Shown here: positions 56,809 through 64,000 of the stretch, one piece after another
Numbering within the stretch: the stretch's first letter is position 1
How the letters are laid out: the number at the start of each line of letters is the position of its first letter
DNA from: an uncultured Actinomycetes bacterium
GTDB taxonomy: Bacteria > Actinomycetota > Thermoleophilia > Gaiellales > Gaiellaceae
Assembly: GCA_963788875.1 (NCBI GenBank)
Contig: CAWBIQ010000014.1
Coordinates: 11,113-75,112 of the forward strand
Length of the DNA stretch: 64,000 nt
Direction of reading: 5' to 3'
Notes under the pieces: generated by a model
The model's database searches: none
What the model was told of the DNA's origin: nothing
The model's input: the letters and a program-made list of their open reading frames with translations, nothing else
Translations under genes and position numbers: made by a program

Positions 56809-57441
56809 CTACACGTTCAACAACCGCAGGTCGGGAAGCTCGCGCCAGCGCTCGTCGAGGTCGAACCCGTAGCCCACGAACAGCTCGTCCGGCACGACGA
56901 AGCCGACGTAGCGGACGGGCAGGTCGTCGACCAGCCGGCGGTAGGGCCGGTCGAGCAGGGTCACCGCGGCGATCGACCGTGGCTTCCGCAGCTCGAACGT
57001 CCGCACGAGGTAGTTGAGCGTGAGCCCTGTGTCGATCACGTCCTCGACGACGATGACGTCGCGGTCGAGGATGTCCGCATCGAGGTCCTTGAGCACGCGG
57101 ATCTGCTCGTGGCCGCCCATCTGTGCGCTGCCGTAGCCGGCCAGCTCGACGAAGTCGAGGCCGTGGAGCATCGGCATCGCCCGCGAGAGGTCCGCGAGGA
57201 AGACGAGGCTCGCCTTCAGCGAGCCGACGAGGATGGGCTCGCGACCCGCGTAGTCGCGGGTGATCTCGGCCCCGAGCTCGCGCACGCGCACGCCGAGCTC
57301 GTCAGCCGACAGGTAGACCTCCCCGATGCGCGGGTCCGCGGCTGCTCCTCTACGACGCCAGGTCGAGGTGGAAGTGCTGCGCGAGGCGCTCGAGGTCCCG
57401 CTTGTAGAAGAGCTTGATCTTGACCTCGGGATAGCGCTCAC
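56809..57441 (-). CDS. hpt: Hypoxanthine(-guanine) phosphoribosyltransferase; start codon unresolved
   Basis: LVGSLKASLVFLADLSRAM, the PRPP motif VIVVEDVIDTGLTL, and VGFVVPDELFVGYGFDLDERWR. The conserved part begins around 57330. The only in-frame start is GTG 57441, which would overlap the upstream gene by 92 nt. Confidence 0.75.
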   Translation of the reverse strand: MSAIPRSRSSSSTSGTSSASRSTSTSTWRRRGAAADPRIGEVYLSADELGVRVRELGAEITRDYAGREPILVGSLKASLVFLADLSRAMPMLHGLDFVELAGYGSAQMGGHEQIRVLKDLDADILDRDVIVVEDVIDTGLTLNYLVRTFELRKPRSIAAVTLLDRPYRRLVDDLPVRYVGFVVPDELFVGYGFDLDERWRELPDLRLLNV

Positions 57442-57718
57442 GCAGCTTTCGGAGCTTCCGGTTCTTGCGGGTGACGAGCGACTGCTTCATCACCGTGATC
57501 TCGACGTAGAGGTCCTGGTCCGGCAAGTAGAAGTCCGGCGCGAACGCCTCGACGACGCGCCCGTCCTCGTCCTCCTCGAGGACGAACGTGGTCGGCTCGT
57601 ACTGCCACGGCACGCCGTAGTAGTCGAGGACCTTCGCGCACTCGAGCTCCGCCTGGCTGGCGAAGCGCGGCGGCTCGGTGCCCCGATATACCTGGAACGC
57701 AGGGGTGTCGAGCCCCAT
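57350..57718 (-). CDS. Hypothetical protein with PD-(D/E)xK nuclease-like motif (122 aa)
   Basis: AELECAKVLDYYGVPWQYEP..FAPDFYLPDQDLYVEITVMKQ..KNRKLRKLRERYPEVKIKLFY. The fold assignment comes from the motif only. Confidence 0.55.
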   Translation of the reverse strand: MGLDTPAFQVYRGTEPPRFASQAELECAKVLDYYGVPWQYEPTTFVLEEDEDGRVVEAFAPDFYLPDQDLYVEITVMKQSLVTRKNRKLRKLRERYPEVKIKLFYKRDLERLAQHFHLDLAS

Positions 57719-57803
57719 CTGGAGCCACGGTAGCGACCGGGTCGGACGGCCCCGAGGACGCTTTCTCCGCAGGGCGCTCGAGACGAAGTGGTAAACAAGG
57801 GCG

Positions 57804-58427
57804 ATGGCACGGATCAGCCTCGTCCCCCAGAAGCGCGAGTTCTTCGATCTTTACAACCGGGCCGCCGCGAACGCGGTCGCGATCGCAGAGGCCCTGACCG
57901 AGCTGCTGGAGCGCTTTCCGGAGGGGAGCGCCGAGCGGGCGCGCGAGATCAAGGAGCTCGAGCACGAGGGCGACCGGCTCACGCACGAGGTCGTCGACCT
58001 GCTCAACCGCACGTTCGTGACGCCTTTCGACCGGGACGACATGTACCGGCTCGCGGGTGTGCTCGACGACATCTGCGACCACATCGACGAAGCCGCCGGC
58101 AAGGTCGTCGACTACGGCGTGCGCGACGTCCGCGAGCAGGCACGCCGTCAGGCGGACATCATCCACCGCTCGGCGAAGAAGCTCTGCGAGGCGATCAACC
58201 GGCTCGAGGGCTTCAAGGACTCCCGGCGCCAGCTGATCGAGCTGCGTGAGCTGGAGGACGAGGGCGATCGGATCTCGCACGACGCGATCGCCGAGCTGTT
58301 CACCGGCAAGGTCGACGCGCTCACGCTCGTGCGCTGGAAGGACATTCACGAGCAGCTCGAGGAAGCGGTCGACGCCTGCGAGAACGCGGCCGACGTGCTC
58401 GAAGCGATTCTTGTCAAGAACCGCTGA
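57804..58427 (+). CDS. DUF47/PhoU-like phosphate transport accessory protein (TIGR00153-type)
   Basis: FFDLYNRAAANAVAIAEAL, IKELEHEGDRLTHEV, FVTPFDRDDMYRL and ELEDEGDRISHDAI. It is paired with the downstream PiT gene. Confidence 0.8.
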   Translation: MARISLVPQKREFFDLYNRAAANAVAIAEALTELLERFPEGSAERAREIKELEHEGDRLTHEVVDLLNRTFVTPFDRDDMYRLAGVLDDICDHIDEAAGKVVDYGVRDVREQARRQADIIHRSAKKLCEAINRLEGFKDSRRQLIELRELEDEGDRISHDAIAELFTGKVDALTLVRWKDIHEQLEEAVDACENAADVLEAILVKNR

Positions 58428-58433
58428 CACGGT

Positions 58434-59426
58434 GTGAGCGGCACTTTGCTGCTCGCGGTCGTCGTCGTCGTCGGGCTCGGCTTCGATTTCACAAACGGCT
58501 TTCACGACACCGCCAACTACGTAGCGACGTGGGTCGGTACGCGCGCGCTCGCGCCGCGAACAGCGGTCGCGGTGTCGGCCGCGGCGAACCTCGCCGGCGC
58601 GTTCGTGACGACCGCCGTCGCGAAGACGGTCGCCCAGGGGATCATCGACACCGGTCTCGCCACGAACGAGACGGTGCTCGCCGCGCTTGTCGGCGCCATC
58701 GTGTGGAACCTCGTGACGTGGCGGCTGGGGCTGCCGTCGAGCTCGACCCACGCGCTCATCGGCGGGCTCGTCGGGGCGGCGCTCGTCCAGTCCGGCGCCG
58801 GCGGCGTTCAGTGGCGCGGCGTCTGGGAGAAGGTCGTGCTGCCCGGGGCCGTGTCGCCGGTCGCCGGCTTTGCCGTTGCGTTCGTGCTCGTCGTCCTCGT
58901 CTACCGGTTGTTCTCATGGCTGACGCCGGGCGTCGCGAACCGCAGCTTCCGCCTGGGACAGCTCGTCACGGGGACATGGGTGGCGTTCACGCACGGCGCG
59001 AACGACGCGCAGAAGACGATGGGCGTGATCGCGCTCGCTCTCTACACGAACGGGAGCATCTCGCACTTCTACGTGCCCATCTGGGTGAAGGTGACGGCCG
59101 GCCTGACCATCGCCGCCGGCACGTACGCCGGCGGGTGGCGGATCATCCGGACGCTCGGCCAGCGGATCTACAAGCTCCAGCCGGAGCACGGGTTCGCCGC
59201 CCAGCTTGCCGCCGGCTCGACCCTCTTCGTCGGCACCCATTTCGGCTTTCCGATCTCGACGACGCACGTGGTCACCGGCTCGGTGATGGGCGCGGGCGCG
59301 ACTCGCCGTTTCTCGGCGGTCAAGTGGGGCGTGGCGGGCAGCATCGGCATCGCCTGGCTCCTGACCCTTCCCGCGGCCGCCCTCGTCTCCGCCGCGCTCT
59401 ATTACCCGGTACACGCCGTGTTCTAG
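58434..59426 (+). CDS. pit: Inorganic phosphate transporter, PiT family
   Basis: GFDFTNGFHDTANYVAT, PSSSTHALIGGLVGA, FTHGANDAQKTMG and ISTTHVVTGSVMG. Confidence 0.9.
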   Translation: MSGTLLLAVVVVVGLGFDFTNGFHDTANYVATWVGTRALAPRTAVAVSAAANLAGAFVTTAVAKTVAQGIIDTGLATNETVLAALVGAIVWNLVTWRLGLPSSSTHALIGGLVGAALVQSGAGGVQWRGVWEKVVLPGAVSPVAGFAVAFVLVVLVYRLFSWLTPGVANRSFRLGQLVTGTWVAFTHGANDAQKTMGVIALALYTNGSISHFYVPIWVKVTAGLTIAAGTYAGGWRIIRTLGQRIYKLQPEHGFAAQLAAGSTLFVGTHFGFPISTTHVVTGSVMGAGATRRFSAVKWGVAGSIGIAWLLTLPAAALVSAALYYPVHAVF

Positions 59427-59429
59427 TCT
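59424..59429 (+). promoter_or_regulatory. -10-like hexamer TAGTCT on the pit stop codon, 6 nt before ATG 59436
   Basis: TAGTCT-tccgcc-ATG. This is a possible internal leaderless promoter for the phosphoesterase-cDPGS-2PGK-glpX operon. Confidence 0.45.
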
Positions 59430-59435
59430 TCCGCC

Positions 59436-60242
59436 ATGCCGTCGACGAACAGTGGGCGACCGTTCACCATCGTCCAGTTGTCCGATCTGCATTGCGGCCA
59501 GCAGTTCTTCCTGGCGAACCTGCTCGAGCGTGCTGTGTCCGAGGTGAACGACCTCGAGCCGGACGTGGTCGTCGTTTCGGGCGACCTCACGTCGCACGGG
59601 TTCAAGGACGAGTACGCGCTCGCGAAGGGCTACCTCGACGGCATCGAGTGCGACTCGATGGTCGTGATCCCGGGTAACCACGACTCGCGCAACGTCGGCT
59701 ACGTCCATTTCGAGGAGTTGTTCGGCGAGCGAAACTCCGTGCTGCGGGTCGGCGCTGCGACGATCGTCGCCGTCGACTCGACCGAGCCCGATCTCGACAA
59801 CGGGCAGATCGGCCGCGGCCGCTACAGGTGGATCGAGGAGCAGTTCGCGGCGCCTGCCGACCTGAGGGTGTTCGTCCTCCACCACCATCTGCTGCCCGTG
59901 CCGGGCACGGGAAGGGAGCGAAACATCGTCAACGACGCCGGCGACGCGCTCGAATGCCTCCAGCGCGCCGGCGTCGATCTCGTCCTCTGTGGGCACAAGC
60001 ACGTGCCGTACGCCTGGCGGCTCGAGGATCTGTTCGTCGTGAATGCGGGCACCGTCTCCTCGGCGCGGCTGAGAGGCCACGGCCGTCCCTGCTACAACGT
60101 CGTCGAGGTCTCCGGTAGCCACGTCGACGTCTGGCGCAAGTATCCGTTCCACGAGCAGGAGCGCATCATCCAGTTCTCGACGGACTCGAAGACGTTCGAG
60201 AAGTACACGGCCCGCATCGAGGGCGAGGTGACGTACCGGTGA
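59436..60242 (+). CDS. Calcineurin-like metallophosphoesterase
   Basis: IVQLSDLHCG, VVVSGDLTSHG, VIPGNHD, VLHHHL and LCGHKHV form the canonical MPE motif series. Confidence 0.85.
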   Translation: MPSTNSGRPFTIVQLSDLHCGQQFFLANLLERAVSEVNDLEPDVVVVSGDLTSHGFKDEYALAKGYLDGIECDSMVVIPGNHDSRNVGYVHFEELFGERNSVLRVGAATIVAVDSTEPDLDNGQIGRGRYRWIEEQFAAPADLRVFVLHHHLLPVPGTGRERNIVNDAGDALECLQRAGVDLVLCGHKHVPYAWRLEDLFVVNAGTVSSARLRGHGRPCYNVVEVSGSHVDVWRKYPFHEQERIIQFSTDSKTFEKYTARIEGEVTYR

Positions 60243-61414
60243 GGGCGATCGTGCTGATCGACGGCGAGCACTACGCGCCGGTCGTGCGCGCGGCGCTCGC
60301 GGCGCTGCCGTACGACGTCGCCGGGGCGCTGTTCGTCGGCGGGACGGAGAAGCTGCGCGGAGGCGACGACTACGGCGTGCCGCTCGTGACGACGCTCGAC
60401 GAGGTGGAGGCGGACCTCGTCTTCGACCTCTCGGACGAGCCGGTGCTCGGCCCGCGCGAGCGCTTCCTCTGGGCGTCGCGATCGCTCGCGCTCGGACTGC
60501 CGTACATCGGCGCCGACTTCCGTTTCGAGCCTCCCGTGCTGCACGAGGCGAGGGTGCCGTCGCTCGCCGTGATCGGGACCGGCAAGCGCGTCGGGAAGAC
60601 GGCGGTGGCCGGCCACGCCGCCCGCGTGCTCGCCCGCGACCGGGACGTCGTCGTCGTCTCGATGGGGCGGGGAGGCCCGCCCGAGCCGGAGCTGCGGCGG
60701 ACGGCGCCCACGGTCGACGAGTTGATCGACCTCGCCCGCGCCGGGCGCCACGCGGCGTCCGACTACCTCGAGACAGCGGTCTTTGCCGGCGTGCCGACCG
60801 TCGGCTGCCGCCGTGCGGGTGGCGGGCTGGCCGGCGCGACGGTCGACTCGAACGTCCTGGAGGGCGTGCACGCCGCCGCCGTGCTCGAGCCCGACCTGCT
60901 CGTGCTCGACGGGAGCGGCGCCGCACTGCCGCCGATTGCGGCTCAGGCGCGCATTCTCGTGACGAACGGAGCGCACGACGTCCGCGAGGGCCTCAACGCC
61001 TATCGCGTGCTCGTCTCCGACCTCGTCGTCGACACCGGCGGCGCCGACCACGACGCGGTCAGGGAGATCAAGGACGTGCCCGTGGTGCGCGCGGAGCTCC
61101 GCCTGCGCCCGGCCGAGTCGCTCCGCGGCCGCCGCACGGCCGTCTTCACGACCGGCCCGGCACCCACCGGCCATCTCGACGGCGACGTCGTTCACGTCTC
61201 CCGCAACCTGGCTCAGCGCGACACGCTGCGGGCCGAGCTCGGGCAGGTGGACGCGGAGGTGTACCTCGTGGAGCTGAAGGCGGCCGCGATCGACGTCGTG
61301 GCCGAGGCGGCGCTCGCGCGTGGGGCCGAGCTCGTCCTCGCGGGAAACGACGTCGTCGCCGACGGCCTCGACGAGCTCCTGCCCGGACTCGTCCCCATGG
61401 GGGCGCGCGCATGA
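60239..61414 (+). CDS. cpgS: Cyclic 2,3-diphosphoglycerate synthetase-like P-loop protein
   Basis: N-terminal IVLIDGEHYAPVV and P-loop AVIGTGKRVGKTAVAG, then VVVSMGRGGP and LDGSGAALPP. This matches my memory of the cDPGS family (Methanothermus cpgS). GTGA overlap with the upstream gene. Confidence 0.6.
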   Translation: MRAIVLIDGEHYAPVVRAALAALPYDVAGALFVGGTEKLRGGDDYGVPLVTTLDEVEADLVFDLSDEPVLGPRERFLWASRSLALGLPYIGADFRFEPPVLHEARVPSLAVIGTGKRVGKTAVAGHAARVLARDRDVVVVSMGRGGPPEPELRRTAPTVDELIDLARAGRHAASDYLETAVFAGVPTVGCRRAGGGLAGATVDSNVLEGVHAAAVLEPDLLVLDGSGAALPPIAAQARILVTNGAHDVREGLNAYRVLVSDLVVDTGGADHDAVREIKDVPVVRAELRLRPAESLRGRRTAVFTTGPAPTGHLDGDVVHVSRNLAQRDTLRAELGQVDAEVYLVELKAAAIDVVAEAALARGAELVLAGNDVVADGLDELLPGLVPMGARA

Positions 61415-62295
61415 CCGAGGCGCGGCGGATCATGCCGCTGCCGCTCGGCGGTGAGCACGGCCTGCCCTACTCGCGCGGCCTGATGGCGCGCGCGCTGATC
61501 GCCGTCGGCGTTGCGCCGGACCGGGCCTACGTGCTCGCCCGGCGCGTGGCCGACGAGCTCGAGGCGCGCGGCTGCGACGTCGTGGAGCTCGAACGGCTCG
61601 GCACGCTGGCGATCGAGAGCCTCGGGGAGGTCGAGGGCGGAGAGGCCGTGCGGCAGCTGCGCCGCTACCAGCAGCTGCGCGAGCTCGAGCAACCGCTCGT
61701 CATCCTCGTCGGAGGCGCCACCGGCACCGGCAAATCGACGATCGCGACGGAGATCGCGTACCGGCTCGGCATTACCCGCGTGACGTCCACGGACTTCGTC
61801 CGCGAGACGATGCGTGCGTTCTTCTCGCACGAGTTCATGCCGTCGATCCACTACTCGAGCTTCGAGGCGGACGCGGCCGCACCCGGCGCGGACCACCCGC
61901 TCATCGCCGGCTTTCTCGAGCAGTCGCGCCAGGTGCTCGTGGGTGTGCGCGCCTCGATCGAGCGCGCCTTGCACGAGGGCTGGTCGATGGTCCTCGAGGG
62001 CGTCCATCTTGTTCCCGGGCTCCTTCCGCCGCTCGACGACAATGCGCTCGTGACGGCGTGTGTCGTGAAGATCGAGGACGAGACCGCGCACGCGCAGCAT
62101 TTCTTCATGCGCGAGGCCGGCACCGAGCGGCCGATGACGAGGTATCTCGACCGGTTCCGGGAGATCCGGCGCCTCCAGGAATTCATCGTCGAGCAGGCCG
62201 AACGTGAAGACGTGCCGGTGATCGAGAACGAGAACGCCGAGCGCGCGACCCGTGCCGTCGCCGATCTCGTCCTCTCGGCTGCGGAGCGCGTGTGA
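61411..62295 (+). CDS. 2-phosphoglycerate kinase-like protein
   Basis: ATP-cone-like N-terminus (LPYSRGLMARALIAVGVAPDRAYVLARRVADEL), P-loop LVGGATGTGKSTIATEIAYRLGI..VTSTDFVRETMR, and EGVHLVPG. ATGA overlap with the upstream gene. Confidence 0.65.
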   Translation: MTEARRIMPLPLGGEHGLPYSRGLMARALIAVGVAPDRAYVLARRVADELEARGCDVVELERLGTLAIESLGEVEGGEAVRQLRRYQQLRELEQPLVILVGGATGTGKSTIATEIAYRLGITRVTSTDFVRETMRAFFSHEFMPSIHYSSFEADAAAPGADHPLIAGFLEQSRQVLVGVRASIERALHEGWSMVLEGVHLVPGLLPPLDDNALVTACVVKIEDETAHAQHFFMREAGTERPMTRYLDRFREIRRLQEFIVEQAEREDVPVIENENAERATRAVADLVLSAAERV

Positions 62296-63308
62296 CCGAC
62301 ACCCACATCGAGCCGGCCCCCGAGCCGGCGCCCACGGGCCAGCAGGAGCCCTGCCTGTGCCAGTCCTACCTGCGCGCAACGGAGCGGGCGGCGCTCGCCG
62401 CGGCGCGCTGGCTCGGCCGTGCCGACCAGACTGCGGCCGAGGAAGCCGCCGCGAGCGAGATGCGCGCGATGCTCGAGCTGCTGCCGATCCACGGGCGCGT
62501 CGTGCTCGGCTCCGTCGACGACGTGGGCGGCCTGCGTGTGGGCGCGTCGTTCGGCGCCGGCGGCGTCGAGGTCGATCTCGCGCTCGACCCGCTCGAGGGC
62601 CGCGGCGTCGTCGCGCGCGGCGGCAACGGCGCGATGTCGATGATCGCCGTCGGTGAGCCGGGCCACCTGATGACGCTGCCGCAGATGTACATGCGGAAGA
62701 TGGCGGTCGGCCCGCGCGCACGCGGCTCGATCGATCTGCTGCGACCGATGGGCGAGAACATCGAGGCGATCGCCGAGGCGTTCGGCCGCCGCGTCAACGA
62801 TGTGACGACGATCGTGCTCGACCGGCCGCGCCACCACGACCTGATCGAGGAGATCCGCGCCGCCGGTGCCCGGATCAAGCTGATCCAGGACGGCGACGTC
62901 ACCTCGTCGATCTCCGCGTCCATCCGCGGCACGAACGACCACCTCGCGGTCGGGATCGGCGGCACGCGCCAGGCCGTCCTCTCCGCGGCTGCGCTTCGCT
63001 GCCTCGGCGGCGAGCTGCAGGCGCAGTTCTGGCCGACCTCGCGCGGCGAGATCGACGAGCTGCGCGAGCTCGGGATCGAGGACTACGGGCGCGTCTTCCG
63101 CACCGAGGATCTCGCGCCGGGCGAGGTGATCGTGGCCGCGACCGGCGTCTCCAACGGCGACCTGCTCCGCGGCGTGCGGTACCTCGCCGACAGCGCCCGC
63201 ACCCATTCGCTGCTCATGTGCACCCGCTGCAACTGGGTGCGTTTCGTCGACGGCATCCACTTCTTCGCCCGCGAGCGGCGCGAAGAGGTGCGGCTGCTCG
63301 GCTACTGA
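62292..63308 (+). CDS. glpX: Class II fructose-1,6-bisphosphatase
   Basis: ATERAALAAARWLGR, VDLALDPLEG, MIAVGEPG, YMRKMAVGP, VLDRPRH..IEEIR.AGARI.LI.DGDV, GIGGTRQAV..AAALRCLGGE and TGVSNGDLLRGV. GTGA overlap with the upstream gene. Confidence 0.9.
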   Translation: MTDTHIEPAPEPAPTGQQEPCLCQSYLRATERAALAAARWLGRADQTAAEEAAASEMRAMLELLPIHGRVVLGSVDDVGGLRVGASFGAGGVEVDLALDPLEGRGVVARGGNGAMSMIAVGEPGHLMTLPQMYMRKMAVGPRARGSIDLLRPMGENIEAIAEAFGRRVNDVTTIVLDRPRHHDLIEEIRAAGARIKLIQDGDVTSSISASIRGTNDHLAVGIGGTRQAVLSAAALRCLGGELQAQFWPTSRGEIDELRELGIEDYGRVFRTEDLAPGEVIVAATGVSNGDLLRGVRYLADSARTHSLLMCTRCNWVRFVDGIHFFARERREEVRLLGY

Positions 63309-63490
63309 GGCATCCGCTCCGCGGCCGCGCGGCGCTCGCTCTCGTCGTGGCGCCTGCCCGCGCGGAGGAAGAGCCAGGCCAGCACGATCACGACCAGCAC
63401 CGGCACGACCGCCGAGGCCAGCAGGACGCCGTTCATGACCGTGGAGCTCCCGCTCGCGAGCATGGAGCCATCGTAGACCGTGTCTGACAC
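63302..63490 (-). CDS. Small single-TM membrane protein (62 aa)
   Basis: VMNGVLLASAVVPVLVVIVLAWLFL followed by RAGRRHDESERR. GTG 63490 lies 7 nt from an imperfect box, TAGCCA. Confidence 0.45.
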   Translation of the reverse strand: MSDTVYDGSMLASGSSTVMNGVLLASAVVPVLVVIVLAWLFLRAGRRHDESERRAAAERMPQ

Positions 63491-63497
63491 CGGGCCA

Positions 63498-63507
63498 TGG
63501 CTACACT
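63498..63507. promoter_or_regulatory. Back-to-back divergent -10 boxes sharing a TA (TGGCTACACT)
   Basis: The minus-strand TAGCCA (63503-63498) lies 7 nt from GTG 63490. The plus-strand TACACT (63502-63507) lies 7 nt from ATG 63515. Confidence 0.45.
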
Positions 63508-63514
63508 GGCCCTC

Positions 63515-63814
63515 ATGCCCAGCAAGAACGAGGTGCTCGAGGTGCTCCGCCAGGTCGAGGATCCCGAGCTCGGGATGGACATCGTCGACCTCGGCCTGCT
63601 CTACGACGTCGAGATCGAGGGCCCGAAGGTGAAGATCACCTACAGTCTCACCTCGATGGGCTGCCCCGCCGGGCCGCTGATCGCGGGGGATATCGACCGG
63701 GCCGCGCGCGAGGTGCCCGGCGTGGAGGAGGTCGACCTCGAGCTCGTCTTCGACCCGCCGTGGACGCCGGACCGGATGTCCGACGACGCGAAGTTCATCC
63801 TCGGCTTCGGCTAG
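63515..63814 (+). CDS. DUF59 / SufT-like iron-sulfur cluster assembly factor
   Basis: VLEVLRQVEDPELGMDIVDLGLLY, TSMGCPAGP and FDPPWTPDRMS. The start may instead be ATG 63497 as in the ORF track. Confidence 0.8.
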   Translation: MPSKNEVLEVLRQVEDPELGMDIVDLGLLYDVEIEGPKVKITYSLTSMGCPAGPLIAGDIDRAAREVPGVEEVDLELVFDPPWTPDRMSDDAKFILGFG

Positions 63815-64000
63815 ACGGCGAGCTCTCCCCGCGGCTGGTCGTCGTCGAGCTGGTACGCGCTCTCGCCGTGCATCGCGGCGTCGAGCCCTCGCTCCGCCTC
63901 CGTCCCCACGCGGACCGGCGTGATGAGATCGATCACACGCAGCGCCACGTACGTGAAGACGAAGGCGTACGCGGACGCGCCGAAGCCGGCCGCGACCTCC
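63811..64000 (-). CDS. amt: Ammonium transporter (Amt family), C-terminal fragment; 5' part beyond window edge
   Basis: Not in the ORF track. The minus strand reads ..EVAAGFGASAYAFVFTYVALRVIDLITPVRVGTEAERGLDAAMHGESAYQLDDDQPRGELAV*. The LRV..E.E..GLD...HGE.AY tail is typical of Amt. Its stop overlaps the DUF59 stop within CTAG. Confidence 0.7.
   Translation of the reverse strand, partial: EVAAGFGASAYAFVFTYVALRVIDLITPVRVGTEAERGLDAAMHGESAYQLDDDQPRGELAV

Overview
This is a 64-kb window of a very GC-rich (about 70%) bacterial chromosome. Gene content and synteny (pdxS-x-pdxT-yebC-ruvCAB, RelA/SpoT, RecD2, many leaderless-type starts) point to Actinomycetota; Thermoleophilia/Rubrobacteria-like is only a guess. 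I support about 70 protein genes, two of them partial at the window edges and absent from the ORF track, plus one tRNA(CAT). There is no rRNA, CRISPR array, transposase, integrase or phage gene. Most long ORFs in the track are antisense or out-of-frame shadows typical of high-GC DNA. Main blocks are as follows. (1) 1-5 kb: RecD2, a SHOCT protein and a degenerate-GGDEF membrane protein. (2) 5.1-12.8 kb: a gamma-glutamylation amine-catabolism cluster (APC permease, GS-like ligase, PuuD-like hydrolase, ALDH, SDR) plus USP and YjbQ, riddled with single-base frameshifts. (3) 12.9-20 kb: tRNA, PAS-GGDEF-EAL, a secreted S8 protease and a 1080-aa six-repeat surface protein. (4) 20-29 kb: msrA, SDR, esterase, pdxS/pdxT, yebC, ruvCAB. 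(5) 32.4-36.2 kb: two paralogous convergent pairs of Opp/Dpp-type permeases with no ATPase or binding protein. (6) 36-50 kb: recJ, ybdK, a tryptophanase-family lyase, rel, PMM and a cyclase-AAA-TPR regulator. (7) 51-57 kb: mntH, variant System I cytochrome c maturation (Cys-type CcmE, CcmF), an M23 peptidase and hpt. (8) 57.8-63.3 kb: a PhoU-like/PiT phosphate module followed by a tightly coupled operon of metallophosphoesterase, cyclic-2,3-diphosphoglycerate-synthetase-like, 2-phosphoglycerate-kinase-like and GlpX genes. The most notable observations are the archaeal-type cDPG operon and a genome-wide TANNNT-N6/7-start (leaderless) architecture that includes three symmetric back-to-back promoter modules. 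Others are a localized indel storm, a hidden compensated triple frameshift in rel, a recurrent intergenic hairpin repeat family, a MITE-like foldback and the CxxxY CcmE. All functional calls rest on motif recognition by eye; no database search was run.
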